Positions 20,147 through 29,186 of a stretch of 64,000 bases of DNA are shown here, piece by piece. Numbering within the stretch: position 1 is the first letter of the stretch; each line of letters opens with the position of its first letter. The translations under genes were made by a program, and so were the position numbers. Origin of the DNA: Anaerolineaceae bacterium (GTDB lineage: Bacteria; Chloroflexota; Anaerolineae; Anaerolineales; E44-bin32). The notes beneath the pieces are model-generated. The model was not told the origin of the DNA, did not search any database, and saw only the letters and a program-made list of their open reading frames with translations. Location: positions 1,650,992 through 1,714,991 of the forward strand of contig CP070708.1 of assembly GCA_020350285.1 (NCBI GenBank), written 5' to 3'.

Positions 20147-20827
20147 TCATCTTGTTTTTACGCCTACGAGTGAGTTCTTGAGCGATTCTACCCCGGCTTT
20201 GATACCCTGTGGATGTTTGAAGATGGCACTTGCAGCTACGAAGGTGTCCGCACCTGCGGATGCAGCGGAGGGGGCGGTCTCGGCTGAAATCCCACCATCG
20301 ACTTGAATCCTTGGTCTCGGTTCGATCTCAGCAAGTAGGGAATGAATTTCGCGTATCTTGTTGAGCGTGGATTGGATGAAGGTTTGTCCAGCAAAACCAG
20401 GGTTAACCGTCATTACAAGGATCAAGTCAACGAGCGATAAGACATCGGTCAAAGCGGATACAGGTGTCTCAGGGTTTAGAGCCACCCCAACATGTAAGCC
20501 AAGTTCACGGATAGCGGCTATCGTACGCTGAATATCTGGACAAGTTTCGATGTGGACGGTGAGAGAACTAGCACCTGCTTCAGCAAAAACCTCAAGATAA
20601 CGGTCCGGATCTTGGATCATTAAATGAACGTCTAATGGAAGGCTCGTTATCCTTCGAATAGCTTCCACAAAGCTGGGACCGAAGGTGATATTCGGTACAA
20701 AATGGCCGTCCATGACATCGATCTGGATCCAATCGATCCCCGCATTCTCGAGTTCCAGTACCACATCTCCTATTCGTGTGAGGTCTGCGCTGAGGATCGA
20801 CGGCACAATGAGGTGTTTATTTGACAT
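20147..20827 (-). CDS. rpe: Ribulose-phosphate 3-epimerase
   Basis: PSILSAD, DVMDGHFVPN, MTVNPGF and VDGGI motifs; start MSNK. Confidence 0.96.
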   Translation of the reverse strand: MSNKHLIVPSILSADLTRIGDVVLELENAGIDWIQIDVMDGHFVPNITFGPSFVEAIRRITSLPLDVHLMIQDPDRYLEVFAEAGASSLTVHIETCPDIQRTIAAIRELGLHVGVALNPETPVSALTDVLSLVDLILVMTVNPGFAGQTFIQSTLNKIREIHSLLAEIEPRPRIQVDGGISAETAPSAASAGADTFVAASAIFKHPQGIKAGVESLKNSLVGVKTR

Positions 20828-20834
20828 CCCGGCA

Positions 20835-20863
20835 ATGATACCTGTGTAAAATGGAAATGACAA
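20835..20863 (-). promoter_or_regulatory. Promoter of rpe (leaderless transcript)
   Basis: TTGTCA-N17-TATCAT, ATG 7 nt downstream, no SD. Confidence 0.7.
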
Positions 20864-20985
20864 GGTGACCTTTGTGGGTGGGGTTTTCAGGTCGAAAATC
20901 CGGTTAGAAGGGCTCCGAAATGAGGTATTCCATCGTTTTTGCCCCTACTTGTCTGGCCTAAAGCGTGGCATCTGAGGTGATTTCT

Positions 20986-22026
20986 TTACTTTTTCTCCGT
21001 CGCTAGTTGTCCACATCCTGCATTTATGTCAACACCTTGTCGGACTCTGATTGTGCATGGGATTTTGTGGTCGGTGAGGAAATCCTTAAATCCTTTTACA
21101 CGTTCTTGTGATGTGGCACGGCCTGCAAAGCCGAGGGTTGGATTGAGTGGAATGAGATTGACATGACAGTTCAACCCTTGGATAAGATCCACCAGCGCTT
21201 GTGCTTGGTCTGGGCCGTCATTCACCTCGTGAACCAACGCCCACTCGAAGGTAATTCGACGGCCAGTTTTTTGGACATATTCTTTACACGACGGGATAAG
21301 CTCATTCAAAGGGTATCGCTGATTGATCGGGACCAACTCGGAACGCAACTCGTTCGTTGCTGCGTGTAAGGAAACCGCTAAGTTCACTTGCTGGTTTTCT
21401 TGGGTGAAACGCTTGATCATCGGTACAATGCCGATCGTTGAAACAGTGATACGACGAGAACCAAATTTGAATCCGGTCGGATCATTTAGTGTCTCGATCG
21501 CTTGCATCGTGGCTTGATAATTGTGGAATGGCTCACCCATTCCCATGATGACAAGATTGGTCACTCGTTTATCTTCAATCGACAGGTAGCGTGCGAAGTG
21601 GATGACCTGTTCCACGATCTCACCTGGGGAGAGGTTGCGTTCAAGCCCCATCTGACCTGTGGCGCAAAATACGCAACCCATCGCGCACCCGACTTGAGTA
21701 GAAACACAAACAGTCCTGCGTTTTTGGTGACGCATTAAAACAGCTTCAATTGATCGACCATCAGAAAGAGAGAAGAGGATCTTCTCGGTGTTACCATCGT
21801 TGGATCGAACCGTCGCTTGTGTCTCCAAAGAGGTAAAGGTGAACATCTCCTGGATTCGAAGTTGCAAATCGCGTGGAATATCCGTCATCTCCTCAGGGTT
21901 ATTGAGAAGCCTTTTATAAACATTGTTCCAGAGTTGACGCGCACGAAAAGAGGGCGCGCCTTGGTTTTGAAGACGTTCAGCAAGGTCTTCGAGGGTCAAT
22001 TCATAAATCGATATTCTCTTACTCAA
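20986..22026 (-). CDS. rlmN: 23S rRNA m2A2503 / tRNA radical-SAM methyltransferase RlmN
   Basis: CAMGCVFC, MGMGEP, SLHA and AGCGQL motifs; probable TTG start overlapping the upstream stop. Confidence 0.94.
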   Translation of the reverse strand: MSKRISIYELTLEDLAERLQNQGAPSFRARQLWNNVYKRLLNNPEEMTDIPRDLQLRIQEMFTFTSLETQATVRSNDGNTEKILFSLSDGRSIEAVLMRHQKRRTVCVSTQVGCAMGCVFCATGQMGLERNLSPGEIVEQVIHFARYLSIEDKRVTNLVIMGMGEPFHNYQATMQAIETLNDPTGFKFGSRRITVSTIGIVPMIKRFTQENQQVNLAVSLHAATNELRSELVPINQRYPLNELIPSCKEYVQKTGRRITFEWALVHEVNDGPDQAQALVDLIQGLNCHVNLIPLNPTLGFAGRATSQERVKGFKDFLTDHKIPCTIRVRQGVDINAGCGQLATEKK

Positions 22027-22825
22027 GGGAATCCCCCAACAAAGTATGCCTAAGTTGGTGTAGATCATCGAACACAAAATCCGGTTGAATGGGAGAAGTG
22101 AGGAGTTCCTCGCGTTGAGTCACGCCGGTGAGGATCAGTGCCGTCATCATACCAGCGCGCTGGCCGCCTAGGATGTCCGTCTCGAGACGATCACCTACAG
22201 CAAGCGAATGTTTGGGTCCGGTTTGGAGGTGTGCAATCGCTTGCAAATAGAGGTGTGGTTCGGGTTTGCCGATAATCATCGGTTTCACACCTGTTGCCGT
22301 TTCAAGGGCGGCGAGTAACGCACCGTTGCCTGGTACCAGACCTCGCTCGACCGGAAAGGTCACATCTGGATTTGTCCCCAAGAACAATGCTCCTGCCTGT
22401 ATCGCCAAAGCAGCCTCAGCCAACTGTTCCCAGCTCACTTGACGGTCAAGGCCGACAACAACTGCCCGAGCGTCATTTGCGTCTTGAGCGAGTGAAAAGC
22501 CAGCCTTAACAAGCGCGTTTATCAAGGGATCCTCCCCTATGGCGTAAATCGAGGCTCTTGGAGGCAATTCTTGACGGAGAAACTCAGCTGACGCCAAACC
22601 TGAGGTGAGAACATCCTCGGGGGAGGCTGCAATACCCATAAGATCCAAGCGACGATTTACCTGTTCTGGTGAGGTCGCTGCATTGTTAGTGGCTAATACA
22701 TATGGGAGCTTTCTTTTCGTTAACATCTCAAAGAACTCGATTGCACCAGGTAGGGCAGTTTGCCCACGCCACACCACGCCATCGAGATCTATAACCAGGG
22801 CTTGAATGTGTGAAAGGTCAGACAT
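22019..22825 (-). CDS. HAD-IIA (NagD-like) phosphatase
   Basis: DLDGV, TNN, GKPEP and GDRLETD motifs. Confidence 0.93.
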   Translation of the reverse strand: MSDLSHIQALVIDLDGVVWRGQTALPGAIEFFEMLTKRKLPYVLATNNAATSPEQVNRRLDLMGIAASPEDVLTSGLASAEFLRQELPPRASIYAIGEDPLINALVKAGFSLAQDANDARAVVVGLDRQVSWEQLAEAALAIQAGALFLGTNPDVTFPVERGLVPGNGALLAALETATGVKPMIIGKPEPHLYLQAIAHLQTGPKHSLAVGDRLETDILGGQRAGMMTALILTGVTQREELLTSPIQPDFVFDDLHQLRHTLLGDSLE

Positions 22826-22955
22826 CTTGATATTCTCTCATATGATTGCTGATGAATTCGTAGGTTAAATCGCACTTCGATTAACTTCATAGAGGATGAA
22901 CGCGTAACTCATCATCTTGACTATGTATTTCAGAATTGTATTATCAAGCAGGAGA

Positions 22956-24257
22956 TCAAGCAGCGTCGGGGAGGATCTCGTCCCCATATGCGAGCTCTTG
23001 GCCGTGTTCATCGAGGAGCTTAGGTCGATTTTCACCTGTGATGGCGTCCTCGTGAACGGTTACCTGTCGGATCTCGGGGCGTGATGGGATCTCGTACATA
23101 ACATCGAGTAAGGCGCCCTCAATGATAGCACGTAAGCCGCGAGCACCAGTCTCTCGCTTGAGCGCCAATTCAGCAGCCCGGTCGAGGGACTCAGGGGTGA
23201 AGTGTAGCTCGACATCGTCGATCTCTAATAATCGTTGATATTGACGCACGAGCGCGTTACGTGGTCTGGTCAATATCGCTCGTAGGGATTTTACATCGAG
23301 AGGGTCGACGCTAATCGTCACTGGCAGACGACCTACAAGCTCAGGGATCATGCCAAAGCGCATGAGATCGTCAGGAGTGACGAGGCGTAACAGAATGCTA
23401 TCATCAACGTTGCGTGCATCATCGCTTGTCACCGTGCCGGGGAAACCTAACCGACCTTTACGACCGATCCGTTCAGCGATGATGTCAGGAAGCCCGTCAA
23501 ATGTACCCCCACAAACGAAGAGAACATCATTTGTGTCAACTTGGATGAATTCTTGTTGAGGATGCTTGCGTCCGCCTTGAGGGGGCACATTAACGACAGA
23601 GCCTTCAATGATCTTCAATAACGCTTGTTGAACACCTTCACCAGATACATCACGCGTGATGCTTGGATTGTCGCCGGTCTTGCGGGCGGTTTTATCTATC
23701 TCGTCGATATATACAATACCTCGTTCAGCTCGGGGGACGTTCAGATCCGAAGCTTGAAGCAACCGAAGCAGGATGTTTTCAACATCCTCACCAACATAAC
23801 CCGCTTCGGTTAGCGCCGTAGCATCTGCGATGCAAAAGGGGACTTCCAGACTCTTCGCAAGGGTCTGAGCCAACAATGTTTTTCCACAGCCGGTTGGTCC
23901 CATGAGGAGGATATTCGTCTTATCCAGCTCCACATCGGTTCGCCCACGGTGCGCAATCCGCTTGTAGTGGTTATAGACAGCAACAGACAAGACCCTTTTT
24001 GCATTTTCTTGACCGACGACATATTCATCCAATTGGGAGTATATTTCCTGTGGTGAGAGTGGTGGTCGTCCGGAGGGTGGTACACCCGGGGCAGACCAGG
24101 GACTCTCTCCCTCGAGGATGTCTTGACACAGGTCAACGCATTCGTTGCAGATAAATACGCCTTCAGGCCCAGCGATTAAACGCTGCATTTCCCCCTCGTC
24201 CCGATTGCAAAATGAGCAACGGCGTGTCTCTGGTGGAGTGGGTCGTGTAGACGACAT
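22956..24257 (-). CDS. clpX: Clp protease ATP-binding subunit ClpX
   Basis: CSFC...CNEC Zn domain, GPTGCGKT and [10 protein letters not shown] motifs. Confidence 0.98.
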   Translation of the reverse strand: MSSTRPTPPETRRCSFCNRDEGEMQRLIAGPEGVFICNECVDLCQDILEGESPWSAPGVPPSGRPPLSPQEIYSQLDEYVVGQENAKRVLSVAVYNHYKRIAHRGRTDVELDKTNILLMGPTGCGKTLLAQTLAKSLEVPFCIADATALTEAGYVGEDVENILLRLLQASDLNVPRAERGIVYIDEIDKTARKTGDNPSITRDVSGEGVQQALLKIIEGSVVNVPPQGGRKHPQQEFIQVDTNDVLFVCGGTFDGLPDIIAERIGRKGRLGFPGTVTSDDARNVDDSILLRLVTPDDLMRFGMIPELVGRLPVTISVDPLDVKSLRAILTRPRNALVRQYQRLLEIDDVELHFTPESLDRAAELALKRETGARGLRAIIEGALLDVMYEIPSRPEIRQVTVHEDAITGENRPKLLDEHGQELAYGDEILPDAA

Positions 24258-24263
24258 CGTATG

Positions 24264-24902
24264 CTACTTGTTTTCCTTTTCTTCTTTTTCTTTCTCGCCC
24301 TCGTCGGTAGGATACAGTACGTGATCGACGAGGCCGTATCCCTTCGCTGCTTCACCGTCCATGTAGAAATCACGTTCGGTGTCAGTCTCGATCGTTTCCA
24401 TGGACTGGCCTGTATGTTTAACAAGTATAGTATTTAATTTTTCGCGTAGACGCAAGATCTCTTTTGCCTGGATCTCGATATCTGTCGCTTGACCTTGAGC
24501 ACCGCCAAGTGGCTGATGTAGGTGGATGGTCGCATGCGGTAGAGCGTATCGCATATCCTTTGTGCCCGCAGAGAGCAGCACCGTACCAAAGGACGCGGTA
24601 ACACCGACGGCTACGGTCGATATTGGGGCACTGAGTTGTTGCATGGTGTCATAGATCGCCAAGCCAGCATAGATGCCCCCACCTGGACAGTTGATATACA
24701 TCGCGATTTGTTTATCAGGATCCTCTCGGTCGAGATAGAGAAGCTGAGCGACGATGAGATTGGAAACCTGGTCATTGATCGGTGTGCCGAGAAAGATGAT
24801 TCGTTCTCGCAGGAGCAACGAATAAATATCGTATGCCCGTTCCCCACGGCCAGTAGTCTCAATAACCATCGGGATAAGTGATCGAAGGCCTTTTTCAGTC
24901 AT
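24264..24902 (-). CDS. clpP: Clp protease proteolytic subunit
   Basis: RAYDIYS, YINCPGG, ASFG and HQPLGG motifs. Confidence 0.97.
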   Translation of the reverse strand: MTEKGLRSLIPMVIETTGRGERAYDIYSLLLRERIIFLGTPINDQVSNLIVAQLLYLDREDPDKQIAMYINCPGGGIYAGLAIYDTMQQLSAPISTVAVGVTASFGTVLLSAGTKDMRYALPHATIHLHQPLGGAQGQATDIEIQAKEILRLREKLNTILVKHTGQSMETIETDTERDFYMDGEAAKGYGLVDHVLYPTDEGEKEKEEKENK

Positions 24903-24913
24903 AATTCTTTTAC

Positions 24914-26287
24914 TTACTCCTTCTCTAAATGATCTTCTTCCGGTGTGGGTTCCTCTTCTGTAGTTTCTGTTGGTTCTGGTGGCTTATCTGCCTCACCTCG
25001 GGCGATAGCTACCATTCGTTTAATGGTCTTGTTGGTTAGAAGGTCAAGGGTAAGACGGCGTCGACCTAGCGGATTATCAAATGACTTCCGAAGCTCCTCT
25101 GAATGTTCTTTGAATGGGGCGACGATGCGATCGATCTCAGAGGTGACTTCTTCTTCGCTTACTTCAATTTCCTCCAGCTCCACCAGTTTCCCTAAAACGA
25201 GAGCGCGTGAAAGCCGTTTTCTCGCCCTGGGTTCTAGCTCAGTGCGCAACTCTTCTTCGCTCTTCTTTTCAATATTCAGATAATCTTCCAGACTGAGATT
25301 TTGTCCTTGCAGGCTTTGTTCCAATTCGGCGATTAATTCATTCGTCTCTTCTTGGAGCATGAGCGGGGGGAATTGGATTGTGGCCCCTTCAACGCTAGCT
25401 TCGATGACTTGCTGAGCATATTCAGCTTCGGCTTCTTGTTGAGTGCGTTCTTGTAAGTTCTCCCGAAGTTTAAGACGCAAGTCTAACAAATCGTCATACT
25501 CCCCGATGTTACGCGCAAGGTCATCCGTCCACTCGGGCACGAAACGTGATTTAACTTCAAGGCACTTTATATGGAAGTCCGCGATGAGGTTGCGCAGGTC
25601 TTCGGAGGGGTAATCCTCAGGGAAGGTATACTCGAATTTATGTTCGGATCCAATTTCGAGCCCCAACAAATGCTCTACTATTCCGGGTACGGGCCAGTCG
25701 GTATCTTCGGTTACGAGGATCTCGATGCCCTTGTTGTCAAGAATTACGGCATTCTCCCCTTCAGGTGGTTCACGTAATTCGCCTTGAATATCAATCACCA
25801 CGACATCAGATAGTTGGACCGGTCGATCAACTGGCTCGATCAGCGCTCGACTTTGTCGCAACCTCTCCATGGCTTCCTCTAATGTCTCGTCTGAGACCTC
25901 AGGCTCCTCATAAGGGAGTCGAAGCTCGCGATATTTGCCCAAATCAACCTCTGGCAAGAGTGGAACGGTATACCGCAGCACAAGCGGATCTCGGCTGACG
26001 ATCTCGTTTAGCGATCCTGGGCCATAGGGTTCAAGCTCGGATTGATCTAATGCTTGGCGGTATATCTCTTGACCAAGGTCGTCGAGTGTTTCTTGGAACA
26101 AAACCTCCTCACCGAATTTTTGCACGACAATATTGTAAGGGGCTTTTCCTGGTCGAAACCCCGGTATTTTTGTCTCATGACTCAGGCGGCGAGCGGTTGT
26201 ACGCATTGCTGACTGCAAGCGTTCACTCGGTACCTCAACAGTGAGTTGCACCTCTCGGTCTTCTAATTCTTCGGCTTCAATCTTCAA
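24914..26287 (-). CDS. tig: Trigger factor
   Basis: [10 protein letters not shown] ribosome-binding motif; tig-clpP-clpX order. Confidence 0.96.
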   Translation of the reverse strand: MKIEAEELEDREVQLTVEVPSERLQSAMRTTARRLSHETKIPGFRPGKAPYNIVVQKFGEEVLFQETLDDLGQEIYRQALDQSELEPYGPGSLNEIVSRDPLVLRYTVPLLPEVDLGKYRELRLPYEEPEVSDETLEEAMERLRQSRALIEPVDRPVQLSDVVVIDIQGELREPPEGENAVILDNKGIEILVTEDTDWPVPGIVEHLLGLEIGSEHKFEYTFPEDYPSEDLRNLIADFHIKCLEVKSRFVPEWTDDLARNIGEYDDLLDLRLKLRENLQERTQQEAEAEYAQQVIEASVEGATIQFPPLMLQEETNELIAELEQSLQGQNLSLEDYLNIEKKSEEELRTELEPRARKRLSRALVLGKLVELEEIEVSEEEVTSEIDRIVAPFKEHSEELRKSFDNPLGRRRLTLDLLTNKTIKRMVAIARGEADKPPEPTETTEEEPTPEEDHLEKE

Positions 26288-26373
26288 AGTACACTACCTC
26301 CAAGGGCGTGCCACTGGTGGGCGCGCATTCCACACTGCGCTCTGATGGGTGTAAGATGGCTCAAGCGCAGGAG

Positions 26374-26455
26374 TGGGGAAGGAGGGATTTGAACCCTCAC
26401 GCCCGTGGGCACGTGATCCTAAGTCACGCCTGTCTGCCAATTCCAGCACTTCCCC
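26374..26455 (-). tRNA. tRNA-Leu (anticodon TAG)
   Basis: GGGGAAG acceptor stem, CGTGA-CTTAGGA-TCACG anticodon arm, long variable arm, GGTTCAAATCC T loop; CCA not encoded. Confidence 0.96.
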
Positions 26456-26465
26456 TGGTGCGCTG

Positions 26466-26494
26466 ATTATATCTGGCGCCAAATGCGATGTAAA
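26466..26494 (-). promoter_or_regulatory. Promoter of tRNA-Leu-tig
   Basis: TTTACA-N17-TATAAT, 10 nt upstream of the tRNA. Confidence 0.75.
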
Positions 26495-26548
26495 GTAGGG
26501 TGGATTTTCGTTTCTGATCAAGCCCATGATCCGATCGAGTTTTGTTAG

Positions 26549-27736
26549 TTAACTCTCTCCATCTGCTAAAGCAGATCGCAACTGGGCTAGATGGATTAAA
26601 TCATGCTCAGCAGCAATGTTCATGACCTCGAGCAAGGTGGTCGGTCCAAATAAAGAATGGCGAGCGGGGCGCGACCAATCCTCCGCATCGATCTCCTCCA
26701 AGATGGAGATCGTTTCCTGTCGTTCCTCGATAAACGCGGTCAATGCGTTGGGACCCGATTGGCATATATAATCTCGTTCCTCTGCCCAGAGGTCGGTATC
26801 AAACGATGAAATATGGGGGTCGAGATCGTTCAGAATAGTCCGAACACGAGGGAGGTTGACCTCGGCTTCAACATCTCTTAAGTGACACACGATCTCAACG
26901 GGCGCCCATTCATCCATTTCCACCCGATGGGTCCAGATGGGGTCGTTAAGGTTCTTCGTCATACTGAGAAGCGCAGCGAGATTGCCCCGATGTCGCGCGA
27001 GGAGAACCTCCGGTCGGCTTGGGTACGGATCATTTGAATGTTCCGCGAGTCCTTCAAGCCAAGGAAGAACGTCTGCCAACGATCCACCTGGGTACTCATC
27101 GGGAGAGGATGGATGAGCATGGAAGACCGCCATTCCCAAGGCCTGGGCGGGTTCAAGATCATCCTCCGGATCGTTCCCGATCATTACCGCTTCATGAGAC
27201 GGTTTGCCAAGTCGTCCCAAAATCTCTGCGTAATATTCAAGATGTGGTTTTGTGAAGTGGAAATCCTCATAGCTTGTGATAAAAGTGTAGTTGAACTGGT
27301 CAACCGGAACTCCAGCCCACTCCAGACGTTGAAGGATGGCTGTTCTTGGGAACACTGGGCTGGTCGCGATAACAACCTCATATCCAGTTTCAAATATAGC
27401 TTTCATGAACCGGTCTATATCGGGGTAGCGTGTGGTGATCGCCTGAATGGAAGGGAAGACGGTGGCATAAAAATCAATGATCATATCCCTCAGCTTACCC
27501 TCACTCACCCCTAATGCAGGATAAAAGTGCTGCGCAAAGGCTTGCTCCAGGCTGACGGTCGGATCGAGATTATCCATCATCTTTCGAGTACCGGTCATTA
27601 ACTCGGGGATCATCTGGTTGGGAGGGATGAGATCAGCGAGATGGGCACCCAATTTCTGCAGGTAAAGAGGGAGGAAGGTTTCCATATCGTTGCCGAGGAG
27701 TGTGTTGTCAAGATCGATGAGAATGGCGGTGATCAC
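26549..27736 (-). CDS. HAD-family hydrolase fused to a DinB/YfiT-like domain
   Basis: N-terminal DLDNTL, KP and MIGND..DD motifs; C-terminal W....IVCHL and EHDLIHL His-triad pattern. Confidence 0.85.
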   Translation of the reverse strand: MITAILIDLDNTLLGNDMETFLPLYLQKLGAHLADLIPPNQMIPELMTGTRKMMDNLDPTVSLEQAFAQHFYPALGVSEGKLRDMIIDFYATVFPSIQAITTRYPDIDRFMKAIFETGYEVVIATSPVFPRTAILQRLEWAGVPVDQFNYTFITSYEDFHFTKPHLEYYAEILGRLGKPSHEAVMIGNDPEDDLEPAQALGMAVFHAHPSSPDEYPGGSLADVLPWLEGLAEHSNDPYPSRPEVLLARHRGNLAALLSMTKNLNDPIWTHRVEMDEWAPVEIVCHLRDVEAEVNLPRVRTILNDLDPHISSFDTDLWAEERDYICQSGPNALTAFIEERQETISILEEIDAEDWSRPARHSLFGPTTLLEVMNIAAEHDLIHLAQLRSALADGES

Positions 27737-28080
27737 GAATCACCCTCTTGCGTCGAAATTGTGGGAAAATCCAAGTGGCATTGCCCGCAGCCGATTTCGG
27801 GTTCTCGAACGATGTCGCCCGATCGGGTACAGTTAGCAGTGATTTCAACCCGTCGGCGGAGACCGAGTAATCCTGAAACAACCCGGGCTTCGAGCACCAT
27901 GTTGGGGCATGCATTGGCTAAAACAATGCGTGGGATTCGACAACGAGCACAGAGGTCAGGTGAATAGGTTCCGCCTTCAGGAGTGCTTGCGATGAGTCTA
28001 CATTCCTGATGGCTGCGACCACGGTGGAAATCTTCGTAGTAATAGGGGCATTCGGTACCGGCAGGAGTTCGCATAGCCAA
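27733..28080 (-). CDS. Cys-rich hypothetical protein (8 Cys; putative Zn or Fe-S binding)
   Basis: CPYY, C, CxxC, C, C and CxxC; lies between efp and the HAD-DinB gene with tight spacing. Confidence 0.75.
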   Translation of the reverse strand: MAMRTPAGTECPYYYEDFHRGRSHQECRLIASTPEGGTYSPDLCARCRIPRIVLANACPNMVLEARVVSGLLGLRRRVEITANCTRSGDIVREPEIGCGQCHLDFPTISTQEGDS

Positions 28081-28097
28081 TATGACTCTGTTTGGGA

Positions 28098-28655
28098 TTA
28101 GACGCGGGTCACGTAATTGCCAGAGCGGGTATCAACCCGAATGGTGTCTCCGCTCGAAACAAAGAGTGGCACTTGAACCTTGAGTCCTGTTTGAGTGGTG
28201 ACCGTTTTGTTGGCACCGGTGGCGGTATCACCTTTCACTGCTACCTCGGCTTCTTCAACCAACAGATCAACAGTTGTGGGTAATTCGATATCTAGAGCTT
28301 CACCTTGGTAAAAAGTGAGTTTAACCTCAAGCCCTTCTTTTAAGTAATTCACCGCATCATCGAGCAACGCGCCACTCACAGCCGGCTGTTCATAGGTCTC
28401 AGTGTCCATGAAGTAATACAAGTCACTGTCCTGATACAGGAACTGCACCATGTGGTGATCGAGCCTGATATCCTGGACTCGATCACCAGAGAGAAAGCTC
28501 TTTTCCATTACCGCGCCGCTGCGTAGATCGCGGATTTTTGTACGGATGGTTGCTTTCCCTCGACCTGGTTTGTGATGCGAATATTCCAAGACCTTGTAGA
28601 GATTGCCATCCAGCTCAAAGGTTACGCCACTGCGCAGTTCATTGACGTCAATCAC
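28098..28655 (-). CDS. efp: Elongation factor P (Arg at the tip, KPGRG)
   Basis: HHKPGRGKA, FMDTETYEQ, KGDTA, VPLFV and Y..RV motifs. Confidence 0.97.
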   Translation of the reverse strand: MIDVNELRSGVTFELDGNLYKVLEYSHHKPGRGKATIRTKIRDLRSGAVMEKSFLSGDRVQDIRLDHHMVQFLYQDSDLYYFMDTETYEQPAVSGALLDDAVNYLKEGLEVKLTFYQGEALDIELPTTVDLLVEEAEVAVKGDTATGANKTVTTQTGLKVQVPLFVSSGDTIRVDTRSGNYVTRV

Positions 28656-28685
28656 GTTTATTCGTCCTTTCGCAAAGATGATGCG

Positions 28686-28715
28686 ATTATAGCCTTGTCA
28701 GGTTCGCCTCGTCAA
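28686..28715 (-). promoter_or_regulatory. Promoter of the efp operon
   Basis: TTGACG-N18-TATAAT. Confidence 0.65.
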
Positions 28716-28751
28716 TCAGGAAGTAGAAAAGACGTGACCATAATGAATATT

Positions 28752-29150
28752 GTAGGGGCGCACGGACAGGGAAGATCACCCTGCATCTTCGACCGTGCGC
28801 CCCTACGAGGCGAGGGAATTTGTTCCGTTCTACTTCTCCGATGTTATTCCGAGGAGCAGGGCGACGAGGAATCCCTATGATGATAATAATGAATTCGATA
28901 GATCATAGGATTTCTTCCCACCTAACATCTGTTTTTACTTGCGAAAGGGAATCCATTTGATGTAGATGCAATTCACCGTTCGTACCGCGAGAAACGGTGG
29001 CACGCCGGTACGAGACGGCATGAATTGCCCCTATAAAAGACACGATCTAATTGAATGCCGTAGGGGCGGGGTTACCCCGCCCCTACACAAGATAAGGCTT
29101 AGATAAGGCTTATGGGTTTGTCGTAGGGGCGGTTCGCGAACCGCGCCTAC
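28752..29150. repeat. Cluster of GTAG-type REP-like palindromes, one TGTCATT-type half element and an 11-bp tandem
   Basis: GTAGGGGC...CCTAC hairpins at 28752-28806, 29060-29086 and 29123-29150; degenerate copy at 28962-29034; AGATAAGGCTT x2 at 29090-29111. Confidence 0.88.
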
Positions 29151-29186
29151 GCTATGATCGAACAATACCGATGTTGTATGGGTACG

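Noticed and set aside
26374..26455. tRNA-Leu as a prophage or island attachment site
   Set aside because: No integrase and no duplicated tRNA 3' end seen; it abuts tig in the usual core arrangement.
28752..29150. Possible CRISPR array
   Set aside because: Units differ internally, are irregularly spaced, recur elsewhere as dispersed palindromes, and there are no cas genes.
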